24,000 nt of DNA from the NCBI GenBank assembly GCA_030692045.1, contig JAUYCX010000015.1, positions 60,065 through 84,064 of the forward strand, written 5' to 3'. Origin of the DNA: Candidatus Omnitrophota bacterium. Lineage in GTDB: Bacteria > Omnitrophota > Gorgyraeia > JAUYCX01. The notes under the pieces are model-generated. The model made no database searches. It had not been told where the DNA came from and was given only the letters and a program-made list of their open reading frames with translations. Each line of letters starts with the position of its first letter. The first letter of the stretch is position 1. Position numbers and translations under genes: made by a program. Below, piece after piece: positions 6,312 to 14,351 of the stretch.

Positions 6312-7007
6312 TTACACATTAAAACGAAAATTTATAATATCTGCATCTTTGACAATATAATCCTTACTTTCTAAATGCATTGCTCTGGTTTTAGCCTGAT
6401 TAAATCCGCCTAGCTCCTCCACATCCTTAAAATTAAATACCTCTGCTTTAATAAAACCTCTCTGGATATCAGAGTGCACAAAGCCTGCTGCATCAAAAGC
6501 AGTCTGGCCTTTTTTAAGCGGCCAGCTTCTTAATTCATTTTGATTAGAAGTAAAAAAACAAATCATATTGCAAAGTTGATAAATATTTTTAATGGCTGAG
6601 GCGCTGTCATGAAAGTTTTCTTCGGTTAAAAATAAAATCGGCTTTAAGGTTATAAAATTTAAATTCTGGGCAAGCCTTATTTCATTATCGGAGAGGTTAA
6701 GTTCGTTTAAGAGGCTTTCCTTCTCCAATTCTGGCTGGATGCGTTGAAGGAATTCTTTTTCTTGGGCATTACAGCACAGTAACCTATTTTCAATTAATTC
6801 TAAATCCAATAAAATCAAATCTAATTTTTTGGCAGCCAAACTAATTATTCCCTGGCCATCTTTAATTGTCTTTTCATCATTAACTTCCAGCTGCGGGTAG
6901 GTTGTTTTAGGCGGGCGGAGTAATTCCTTTAGCTTATCCAAACGTGCATCAGGAATTATCTTTTTCCCCAGAGGGAAATCTGAAATGCCAAAAACCGAAA
7001 TTTTCAT
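6312..7007 (-). CDS. YchF/OLA1-like protein lacking the P-loop (degenerate G-domain, TGS-like C-terminus retained)
   Basis: 231 aa. The C-terminus GFIKAEVFNFKDV...HLESKDYIVKDADIINFRFNV matches the YchF C-terminal signature. The N-terminus MKISVFGISDFPLGKKI has no GxxxxGK[ST]. The start overlaps the upstream EF-G-like stop (ATGA). Confidence 0.65.
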   Translation of the reverse strand: MKISVFGISDFPLGKKIIPDARLDKLKELLRPPKTTYPQLEVNDEKTIKDGQGIISLAAKKLDLILLDLELIENRLLCCNAQEKEFLQRIQPELEKESLLNELNLSDNEIRLAQNLNFITLKPILFLTEENFHDSASAIKNIYQLCNMICFFTSNQNELRSWPLKKGQTAFDAAGFVHSDIQRGFIKAEVFNFKDVEELGGFNQAKTRAMHLESKDYIVKDADIINFRFNV

Positions 7008-8962
7008 TCCTCTTCTCCGAGTTTCTTTGTGGCTTGTACCTTGGCAATAATGGTTTGGGCAATCTTTGTTGGAACCTGCTCTAAATGAGAAAATTTCATA
7101 GAATAAGAAGCCCTGCCACCTGTAAAAGACCTAAGGTCTGTTGCATAAGTAAACATCTCTACCAGAGGCACCTGTGCCTTGACTACCTGAAGTTTACCTT
7201 TAGTATCCATTCCCATAATGCGTCCCCGACGGGAATTTAAATCTCCAGAAATATGTCCCATAAATTCATCGCTAACTACCACATCTACATCCATAATTGG
7301 CTCTAAGAGCACTGGGCCGGCTTCCAGCTCAGCTTTACGTAAAGCCATTCTTCCGGCAATCTGAAAAGCGATATCCGAAGAATCAACTTGATGAAAAGAG
7401 CCGTCAAATAAAATTACCTTAAAGCCTACCAGCGGGTAGCCGGCTAAAATGCCATTTTGCATTGCCTGCCTTACGCCCTTTTCAACTGAAGGAATATAAT
7501 TACGCGGTATTGCTCCGCCAAATATTTTATCTACGAACTCAAAATCGCCGCTGCCTTTAGGCAGGGGTTCAATTTCAATCCAGACATCTCCGTATTGACC
7601 GCGGCCTCCGGATTGTTTTTTATACTTTCCTTGCGCCTTAGCAGATTTGGTAATAGTTTCTTTGTAGGAAACCTTGGGCGTGTCTAACTCAACTTCAACG
7701 TTGAATCTACGTTTCAAACGTTCAACCATTACATTGAGGTGTAAATCGCCAATGCCCGAAATAATTAATTCCTTGGTTTCTTGGTCTCGAGTGGTTTTAA
7801 ATGTGGGGTCTTCGCAAGATAATTTATTGAGGCTGGTGGAAATTTTCTCTTCATCCTGACGGGATTTTGGCTTGACTGAAGAGGAAATTGCTGGTTCAGG
7901 AAAAATTATGGGAGCAAACTCTACAGGGTCTTTCTCGTCGGCCAATGTATCATTGGTTGTTGTATCTTTTAATTTGGATAAAGCAACTATATCGCCGCAG
8001 ACTGCTTCATTAACTGACCTTTGTTCCTTTCCCTGCAACACATAAACTTGTCCAATGCGTTCTTTAGCAGATTTATTGACATTAAATAAGCTGGTATTTG
8101 AAATAAGCCTGCCTCTAAAGATTCTAAACAGCGTCAGTTGGCCTACATATGGGTCGGCTATGGTTTTAAAAACAAAGGCGCAAAATGCTCCATCCTCAGA
8201 TGGTACAATTTCTTTTTCCTCTTTAGAATTGGGATTAAGCCCTTTTAGCTGGGTCCGCTCCACGGGGTTGGGTAGATATTTTACAATTGCATCGAGTAAT
8301 TCTTTTATGCCTTTGTCAGTTGCGCTTGAACCACTTATTATAGGAAAAATTTTTGCCTGAATAACTGCCTGACGAAGTGCAGAAATTACTTCTTCTTCTG
8401 AAAGGCTGCCGGTTTCTAAATATTTCTCCAATAATTTGTCGTCGGTTTCTGCAACAGCTTCAATTAATTGTGGAGAATTTAACGAATCGAGTACAACTGC
8501 CTTCGGGGAGAGATTATCTTTAATCTCTAAAACTAATTTGTTAAAATCTGCTCCCTCCTTATCCATCTTATTTACAAAGAAAATTCTCGGTAGGTTTAAG
8601 TCTTCTAACATATTAAAGACACTTTCAGTGCCTACCTCAATTCCAGAAATAGCATCAATAACTAAAATCGCTGCATCTACTGCCCTAATAGAAGAAATAA
8701 CCTCACCGATAAAATCAGCATATCCGGGTGTGTCAATTATTTGTAACTGGCAACCTTGATATTGAGCTATCAGAATACTTGAACTAATTGAGATTTTTCT
8801 TTCTATCTCGTCTGGACTATAATCACTTAGGGTGTTGCCCTCGGCAATTGTGCCTTTTCGAGAGGTGGTGCCGCTTACAAAAAGAAGGCTTTCTGCTAAT
8901 GAGGTTTTGCCTGATTGGGCATGGCCAACAAGAAAAAAAACGCGCTTTTGTAAGGCAACCAT
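7004..8962 (-). CDS. Elongation factor G paralogue (translational GTPase)
   Basis: 652 aa. G1 GHAQSGKTS, G3 DTPGYADF, G4 NKMD. EF-G domains III-V are present, including VPLVEMFTYATDLRSFTGGRASYSMKFSHLEQVP. The G1 motif differs from the canonical AHIDAGKTT. Confidence 0.85.
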   Translation of the reverse strand: MVALQKRVFFLVGHAQSGKTSLAESLLFVSGTTSRKGTIAEGNTLSDYSPDEIERKISISSSILIAQYQGCQLQIIDTPGYADFIGEVISSIRAVDAAILVIDAISGIEVGTESVFNMLEDLNLPRIFFVNKMDKEGADFNKLVLEIKDNLSPKAVVLDSLNSPQLIEAVAETDDKLLEKYLETGSLSEEEVISALRQAVIQAKIFPIISGSSATDKGIKELLDAIVKYLPNPVERTQLKGLNPNSKEEKEIVPSEDGAFCAFVFKTIADPYVGQLTLFRIFRGRLISNTSLFNVNKSAKERIGQVYVLQGKEQRSVNEAVCGDIVALSKLKDTTTNDTLADEKDPVEFAPIIFPEPAISSSVKPKSRQDEEKISTSLNKLSCEDPTFKTTRDQETKELIISGIGDLHLNVMVERLKRRFNVEVELDTPKVSYKETITKSAKAQGKYKKQSGGRGQYGDVWIEIEPLPKGSGDFEFVDKIFGGAIPRNYIPSVEKGVRQAMQNGILAGYPLVGFKVILFDGSFHQVDSSDIAFQIAGRMALRKAELEAGPVLLEPIMDVDVVVSDEFMGHISGDLNSRRGRIMGMDTKGKLQVVKAQVPLVEMFTYATDLRSFTGGRASYSMKFSHLEQVPTKIAQTIIAKVQATKKLGEEE

Positions 8963-8980
8963 TTAGTTTCCTTTCTTAAA

Positions 8981-9024
8981 TACACAGATAAACACAGATT
9001 AAAAGATACGGATTAACACAGATA
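8981..9024. repeat. About 10-nt-period repeats built on ACACAGAT
   Basis: tacacagata aacacagatt aaaagatacggatt aacacagata. Located in the spacer upstream of the EF-G-like start. Confidence 0.85.
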
Positions 9025-9055
9025 TGAAAATAGACTCTTTCAAAGCTCCCATACA

Positions 9056-9580
9056 CTATTTCTTTAACGCCTTAATAATCTCTTTTAGAAACGCAGGTAA
9101 ATCCTCAGGCTTTCTGGATGTAATAAGATTTGCGTCAACTACAACTTCCTTGTCTATATATTTTGCTCCTGCGTGGATAATATCGTCTTTAATGGCGAAA
9201 AAGCAAGTAGCGGTCTTGCCCTTTAAGATATCTGCAGAGGCCAAAACCCAGCCGCCATGGCAAATTGATGCCACAACCTTTCCAGAATTAAACAAATCTT
9301 GCACAAAATTGATAACCTTCGGATACCGACGTAAAATATCAGGGGCATAACCACCGGGAATAACTACTGCGGAAAAATCTTTAGCATCCACCTCATCAAT
9401 TGAACTATCTACATTAATCTCATATCCTTCCTTGCTTTTATATGAATTTTTTTGCCCTGTACCTAAAGAAACTGCTTTAAAGCCCTCTTCCTTTAATCTT
9501 AAAATAGGATACCACACCTCAAGAACTTGATATTGGTCCTCAACTAAAACAGCAATTTTTTGGGAGTATTTACTTTCCAT
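9056..9580 (-). CDS. DJ-1/PfpI family protein (type 1 glutamine amidotransferase-like)
   Basis: 174 aa. Nucleophile elbow ASICHGGWVLA and a VVIPGG motif, with typical PfpI length. Confidence 0.85.
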   Translation of the reverse strand: MESKYSQKIAVLVEDQYQVLEVWYPILRLKEEGFKAVSLGTGQKNSYKSKEGYEINVDSSIDEVDAKDFSAVVIPGGYAPDILRRYPKVINFVQDLFNSGKVVASICHGGWVLASADILKGKTATCFFAIKDDIIHAGAKYIDKEVVVDANLITSRKPEDLPAFLKEIIKALKK

Positions 9581-9590
9581 AAATCAAGTC

Positions 9591-10085
9591 CTATTTCTTC
9601 AACAAACCTTGCAATTTCAAAAGGTGTTTATTTTCCTCGCCAATAAGCCATCTCAAATCTTTTTTGGTTTGTTGTTCTTTAGTATTTAACAAACAGGCTT
9701 CATAAAAGGAAATAGAATTGTTTTCAATCTTTACACCTAACCTTATTGCTTTTTCTTTATTTGTTAGGGCTTCATTAAGCGAAGCGACAGCATTAAAGGG
9801 ATAAAAAACCTTTGTGTCCACATAATCAAAAATAGAATCTTCCTCAAAGCCATCATCCAAGTTCTGTTTTGCTTCAAGAAGCTTTTCCTCAAATAGCTTA
9901 AGGTGCGCTTTTTCTTCTAAAAGTAAGAATTTCATTATTTCGTTTGTCGCCTCGTCAAAATTCTGTTTTAATAATTTGCCATAAAATTCAATTCCCTCAC
10001 TTTCAATCTTACGCGCAATCTTATAAGCCTCGATGGAATTAAAATCGGTTATCCTGATTTTGCCTTCTAAATAATCTATCTTCAT
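9591..10085 (-). CDS. Ferritin-like / rubrerythrin-type diiron four-helix-bundle protein
   Basis: 164 aa with two E...ExxH half-sites: ESEGIEFY...LEEKAH and IENNSISFY...GEENKH. Confidence 0.65.
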   Translation of the reverse strand: MKIDYLEGKIRITDFNSIEAYKIARKIESEGIEFYGKLLKQNFDEATNEIMKFLLLEEKAHLKLFEEKLLEAKQNLDDGFEEDSIFDYVDTKVFYPFNAVASLNEALTNKEKAIRLGVKIENNSISFYEACLLNTKEQQTKKDLRWLIGEENKHLLKLQGLLKK

Positions 10086-10244
10086 GAATACCCTCCTTAT
10101 GTTTTAGAAGAATTTTAACGAGTGGGATACATTTTGAATAAAACAACCTTCACTCACTCCTTAATAATTATTTCATAAGGGGATTATTTGGGTGGGTTAG
10201 CTTAATTTGAATTAAGGGATTAAAAAAAGTGCTTTTGGCTAAAG

Positions 10245-10442
10245 CTAAACAGGTTTTACGCTTGCAGCTTGAAGTCCTTTGGGTGAATTCTTTACTTCAA
10301 ATTCAACTTCCTGTCCTTCAGTCAAGGCAGTGACATCACCGATTAAAGCTGATTTATGCACAAACACATCTTTACCGTCGTCGGTTGTCAAAAAGCCATA
10401 GTTCTTTTTATCATTGTACCACTTGACCTTACCTCTTACCAC
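10245..10442 (-). CDS. csp: Cold-shock protein, CspA family
   Basis: 65 aa. GKVKWYNDKKNYGFL and DVFVHKSAL nucleic-acid-binding motifs. GTG start 7 nt after AGGAGG. Confidence 0.95.
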   Translation of the reverse strand: MVRGKVKWYNDKKNYGFLTTDDGKDVFVHKSALIGDVTALTEGQEVEFEVKNSPKGLQAASVKPV

Positions 10443-10587
10443 CTCTTCGCCTCCTTTTCTCTGATGGTTTAGAATAATAACGCCTCTCTTTACACTCGTA
10501 AAGAAAACCCTCTTTTTGACATTGGCGTTTAAAGAATCTCATCGCCTTCTCAAAATTGTTTTTATCATGGATTTTTACCTCTGCCAT
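10429..10587 (-). CDS. rpsU: 30S ribosomal protein S21
   Basis: Below the track cutoff. My translation is MAEVKIHDKNNFEKAMRFFKRQCQKEGFLYECKERRYYSKPSEKRRRRGGKR (52 aa), which matches the S21 pattern (..V.V..N..FE.A.R.FKR.C.K.G.L.E...R..Y.KPS.KR..). Its 3' end overlaps the csp GTG start by 14 nt. Confidence 0.85.
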   Translation of the reverse strand: MAEVKIHDKNNFEKAMRFFKRQCQKEGFLYECKERRYYSKPSEKRRRRGGKR

Positions 10588-10645
10588 AGTTTTTAATTTT
10601 CGCCCCCAATCTTGTCTCTTTTTTATTCAGCTGCGTAATTGATTT

Positions 10646-10673
10646 ATTATAACTTACCAAAAAATAATGTAAA
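10646..10673 (-). promoter_or_regulatory. Candidate sigma-70 promoter for rpsU-csp
   Basis: The minus strand reads TTTACA, a 16-nt spacer, then TATAAT, about 60 nt upstream of the rpsU ATG. AT-rich background raises the false-positive risk. Confidence 0.4.
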
Positions 10674-10686
10674 TATATTTTTCAGC

Positions 10687-11034
10687 CTAAATTTCTGCTT
10701 CCTTAATTAACCTGCGGTAATATTCTCTACACTCATGACAAGTATTCTTATCCTTATCCCACTTGGGATGGTCTTTTTTTATTAAGTTAATTATATATTC
10801 CTCACTTTTAATATGGGTTAAAGCAACCCTTTCGTCGATTTCTCTTTCGCATATCTGACAGCGGTATTTTCCCGGCGTGTCAGACTCTATTGCCGAATCT
10901 GTCTCTGTCCTTGAATCAGCGCATTTATTGCAAATATCTGGATTGCCCTCTGAAGTGGATACTTTAAAAACTGTTTTAGCAACCTTGCCTAAAAATCCAT
11001 CAAGAGGCACATTACATCTTGCACAGCGGCGCAT
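10687..11034 (-). CDS. Hypothetical zinc-ribbon protein (four CxxC pairs)
   Basis: 115 aa containing CARC, CNKC, CQIC and CHEC. Confidence 0.6.
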   Translation of the reverse strand: MRRCARCNVPLDGFLGKVAKTVFKVSTSEGNPDICNKCADSRTETDSAIESDTPGKYRCQICEREIDERVALTHIKSEEYIINLIKKDHPKWDKDKNTCHECREYYRRLIKEAEI

Positions 11035-11056
11035 TTATAACCTCCTTAATAAGCAG

Positions 11057-11243
11057 ATAACTTACGGAGCGAATGAAATGAGCGACGTAAGTTATAGCGT
11101 CTATCATTTACTTATCTATCAGCGTCTGCGAATTAATCCCGAAGCCTATCCCGAAAATATCGAAGAGATTTTCGGGATGTTTAGGCGAGGGACAAATTCA
11201 GCCAACAAACTTACGTTCGACTTACGTCTCCGTAAGTTTGGGC
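11057..11243. repeat. Three-hairpin palindromic module (copy C), homologous to 6163-6308
   Basis: HP1 11057-11095: ATAACTTACG/CGTAAGTTAT with a loop containing GAATGAAATGA. HP2 11130-11199: GAATT..ATCCCGAAAAT/ATTTTCGGGAT..AATTC with loop ATCGAAGAG. HP3 11201-11243: CAAACTTACG/CGTAAGTTTG. HP1 and HP3 are inverted copies of each other (both contain AACTTACGGAG....CGTAAGTT). Confidence 0.85.
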
Positions 11244-11248
11244 TTCAT

Positions 11249-11605
11249 TTAACCTAATTTATCAATCTTGGCAGCTAAAATAAAATCATTTTCAGACAAA
11301 CCGCCAATAGCATGCGTGGTAGCTGTAAGCTTCACCTTGTTATAATTAATCAAAATTGTAGGGTGATGGCCTTCTTGCTCGGCAATCTTTGCCACATTAT
11401 TTACAAAATCAAGGGAAGCTGAGAAATTCTTGAATTTAAATTCTTTTCTTATTTTGTTACCTTCTACCAATTCCCAGCCTGAAATCTGTGTTAAGAATTT
11501 ATTTGCCTCATCTAAAGTTAATGGCGGCATACCGCCTTCGCAGGGCTTACATTTTTTAGAAGAAAGGTCTATTTCGCAGGTTTTACCTATGTTTTTATCT
11601 TCCAT
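11249..11605 (-). CDS. Pterin-4-alpha-carbinolamine dehydratase (PCD/DCoH family)
   Basis: 118 aa. The EGHHPTILINYNKVKLTATTH core is typical of PCD, as is GWELVEGNKIRKEFKFKNF. Confidence 0.85.
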   Translation of the reverse strand: MEDKNIGKTCEIDLSSKKCKPCEGGMPPLTLDEANKFLTQISGWELVEGNKIRKEFKFKNFSASLDFVNNVAKIAEQEGHHPTILINYNKVKLTATTHAIGGLSENDFILAAKIDKLG

Positions 11606-11723
11606 TTCTACCTTATTTTGGTTTCTTTTTAGAAAGACTTTTTTAATTGTTTGATTAGCTTCATCATAACATAATAAAAATTAAGCGTCAATAAAAATAC
11701 CTTGCCCTTTAAGGCGAGAATTT

Positions 11724-13121
11724 TCATTCTAATTCGCACTCTTCGTCTTTTTGCGGTAAATAAGCCGCAAATCCTGAATCTTTAAGATTAGCCGTGAACG
11801 CCTCAGACTGATCTAAGTCACCGTGAACAATAAATATTTTCTTAAGATTTCCATTGGAAGACCTAACATAATTCAATAAATCATCTTTATCGGCATGTCC
11901 ACTAAAAGCATTTATTATAGAAACCTCTGCTTTTAATTCATAATCTTCGCCAAATATCCTAACAACTGGCTCTTTCTCTACAATCCTCTTGCCCAAAGTA
12001 TTCTGCGCCATATAACCTACCACCAAAATTGTATTTTTGGGATTGGAAATGTTGTTTTTTAAATGATGTAAAATTCTGCCGGATTCGCACATTCCAGAAC
12101 CAGCAATTATTATCATAGGAGATGCATCCTTATTTAATCTTTTTGATTCCTCAACCTTTTTAATATAGGTAATGCGCTCTTCTGGAAAAGGGTCAATTCC
12201 TTTATTGAATAACCCTTGAGTCTTTTTGTCTAAATAATCTTTGTGATGCCTAAAGACTTCTGTAATATTTATTGCCAAGGGGCTGTCTAAATAAATGGGA
12301 ATAGAGGGGAGTTTATTTTCTTTGATTAATTCATTCAAAAAGAAAAGCACTTCCTGAGTTCTTTCCAAGGCAAAGGATGGGATAATAACTTTACCGCCTC
12401 TGGCAATTGTTTGGTTAACACTAACCATTAACTTTGCTTTTGCCTCCTCAATAGAAGGGTGAAACCTGTTGCCATAAGTGCTTTCAATAACCAGATAATC
12501 CAAATCTTTAAGAATTACGGGGTCATTTAAAAGCGGCAAGTTGGGCCTGCCTAAATCCACAATATAACCCAGTTTTAGTTTTCTTTGTTTTTCTTTTATT
12601 TCTAAAAGCGTAAGTGCCGAGCCTAAAATATGCCCCGCATCAAAAAATGTACACTCTACATCTTTACTCAATCTGATTTTCTCAAAATATGATATGCCGC
12701 GGAAATTCTTTAAAGCGCGAAGGGCCTCTTTTTCTGTATAAAGCGGTTTTCTTGCCGGCAAATTTTTTCTGCGGTTAATCTTGTTTACAAATTCAATATC
12801 CTCTTCTTGAATTTTTCCACTGTCTGAAAGCATCAGCCGGCACAAATCCTTTGTTGCCTTTGTAGTAAATACCTTACAATGTAGGCCCCTTTTTATGAGC
12901 GTTGGGATATTACCAGAGTGATCAATATGGGCATGGGAAAGTACAAGGCCGTTTATCTTTGCAGGATTATAAGAAAACTTGGAATTAACCGCATAATATT
13001 CGTCGCGATGGCCATAGAAAATTCCTGCATCTAAAAGGATTTGGGATTTGTCGGTTTCTACAAGATGGTTAGAGCCAGTAACTGTTCTAACGCCGCCGCA
13101 GAACTTTATACGAATGGACAT
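11724..13121 (-). CDS. MBL-fold beta-CASP family ribonuclease (CPSF/RNase J-like)
   Basis: 465 aa. HAHIDHSG (HxHxDH), then a beta-CASP region and a C-terminal SGHAD...VHGD pattern. Confidence 0.85.
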   Translation of the reverse strand: MSIRIKFCGGVRTVTGSNHLVETDKSQILLDAGIFYGHRDEYYAVNSKFSYNPAKINGLVLSHAHIDHSGNIPTLIKRGLHCKVFTTKATKDLCRLMLSDSGKIQEEDIEFVNKINRRKNLPARKPLYTEKEALRALKNFRGISYFEKIRLSKDVECTFFDAGHILGSALTLLEIKEKQRKLKLGYIVDLGRPNLPLLNDPVILKDLDYLVIESTYGNRFHPSIEEAKAKLMVSVNQTIARGGKVIIPSFALERTQEVLFFLNELIKENKLPSIPIYLDSPLAINITEVFRHHKDYLDKKTQGLFNKGIDPFPEERITYIKKVEESKRLNKDASPMIIIAGSGMCESGRILHHLKNNISNPKNTILVVGYMAQNTLGKRIVEKEPVVRIFGEDYELKAEVSIINAFSGHADKDDLLNYVRSSNGNLKKIFIVHGDLDQSEAFTANLKDSGFAAYLPQKDEECELE

Positions 13122-13127
13122 TATTAA

Positions 13128-13160
13128 GTATCGCGTATCGCGTAACAGGTATCAGGTATC
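13128..13160. repeat. Tandem heptamers GTATCGC GTATCGC GTAACAG GTATCAG GTATC
   Basis: Direct reading. The array fills most of the 42-nt spacer between the kamA stop and the beta-CASP start. Confidence 0.9.
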
Positions 13161-13163
13161 TTT

Positions 13164-14351
13164 TTAAGCTGTCTCAAGGTAGGTGTAAATCTTGCTGCGG
13201 TAGTTTCTTAAGGTGTATTTACCTTTGTCTTGCGAAATAACATAGTTAGGCCCAACTGGAATCTTACCGCCTCCGCCTGGCGCATCAATCACATATGTGG
13301 GTATGGCGTATCCGGTTGTGTGGCCGCGTAACTTTTCAATAATATTTATTCCTACCGCAACAGGGGTTCTGAAATGGCTTGTGCCTTTTGCCGGATCGCA
13401 CTGATAAATATAATACGGCCGAACGCGCATCTTTAAAAGCTCATGCATCAATTTTTTCATTATAAAGGGGCGGTCATTGATGCCTTTTAAAAGCACAGTT
13501 TGGCTGCCTAAAGGCATGCCGTTATCCGAGAGTAAATCACAGGCAAGCTTACACCTTCTGGTAACTTCTTTGGGATGATTAAAATGAATGCTAATCCAAA
13601 GCGGAGAATATTTTTTAAGCATTGCCGCAAATTGCTCGGTAATTCTTTGGGGCAGGGTCACAGGCAAGCGCGTGCCTATTCGTAAGAATTCTACATGGGG
13701 AATTGAACGAATGGTTTTTAAAATATTTTCCAGAACATCGTCTTCTAACATCAAGGGGTCTCCACCAGAAATCAGTACATCGCGAATCTTTTTATTGGAA
13801 CGGATATATTCAAAAGCCGCATCCAGTTTATGAGGCGCCGCGGCTTGCTTTTTTTCTCCGACTAATCTTCGTCTTGTGCAGTGGCGGCAATACATTGCAC
13901 ACTGCTCTGTCACTAAAAGTAAAACCCTGTCAGGATAACGATGCACAAGTCCGGGAGCTGGGGAGTCTCTATCTTCAGCGCAAGGGTCAACTAACTCGTG
14001 GGGGGCATAGATAAATTCTGCCTCTAAGGGAACAGCTTGTCTACGAATAGGGCAATTAAAATCTTCTGGATCAATAAGGCTTGCCCAGTAAGGAGTGATT
14101 GCCATGGAAAGCTTTCCATTGCAACGTCTAATACCCTCTTCCTCTTGAGGGGTTAAGCGGATAATCTTGGAAAGCTCTTCTTTTGTACGAATACGGTTTC
14201 TTATCTGCCAATGCCAATCTTCCCAATCTAAAGTTGAAACATCCTTATAGGCATTCGGCAAATATAAGCTAAATTTTTTCTGCTGGGTACCTAAATTAAC
14301 TGTTGGTGATTGTAACTGTGTCTCTCGCTCCAAGAGTACAGTCTCGTTCAA
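13164..14351 (-). CDS. kamA: Lysine 2,3-aminomutase (radical SAM, PLP-dependent)
   Basis: 395 aa. CAMYCRHCTRRR CxxxCxxC cluster, WEDWHWQIRNR N-terminal motif, SGGDPL, YIYQCD and VIDAPGGGGK. TTG start preceded by AAAGGAG. Overlaps the upstream ATP-grasp gene by 56 nt. Confidence 0.9.
   Translation of the reverse strand: MNETVLLERETQLQSPTVNLGTQQKKFSLYLPNAYKDVSTLDWEDWHWQIRNRIRTKEELSKIIRLTPQEEEGIRRCNGKLSMAITPYWASLIDPEDFNCPIRRQAVPLEAEFIYAPHELVDPCAEDRDSPAPGLVHRYPDRVLLLVTEQCAMYCRHCTRRRLVGEKKQAAAPHKLDAAFEYIRSNKKIRDVLISGGDPLMLEDDVLENILKTIRSIPHVEFLRIGTRLPVTLPQRITEQFAAMLKKYSPLWISIHFNHPKEVTRRCKLACDLLSDNGMPLGSQTVLLKGINDRPFIMKKLMHELLKMRVRPYYIYQCDPAKGTSHFRTPVAVGINIIEKLRGHTTGYAIPTYVIDAPGGGGKIPVGPNYVISQDKGKYTLRNYRSKIYTYLETA

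Noticed and set aside
6312-7007. Functional YchF GTPase/ATPase
   Set aside because: There is no Walker A (GxxxxGKS/T) and no recognisable G4. The protein is about 130 aa shorter than YchF. It is therefore called a degenerate YchF-like protein.
7674-8979. Plus-strand ORFs 7674-7859, 8055-8360, 8436-8759 and 8788-8979
   Set aside because: They are antisense to the EF-G paralogue and show no motifs.
9024-9350. 108-aa plus-strand ORF
   Set aside because: It is antisense to the DJ-1/PfpI gene, which has the conserved nucleophile elbow.
10877-11257. 126-aa plus-strand ORF
   Set aside because: It spans the antisense of the zinc-ribbon gene and the three-hairpin repeat module. The palindromic content keeps it open artificially.
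11430-11654. 74-aa plus-strand ORF
   Set aside because: It is antisense to the PCD gene.
13588-14014. Plus-strand ORFs 13588-13833 and 13703-14014
   Set aside because: They are antisense to kamA and overlap each other in different frames.
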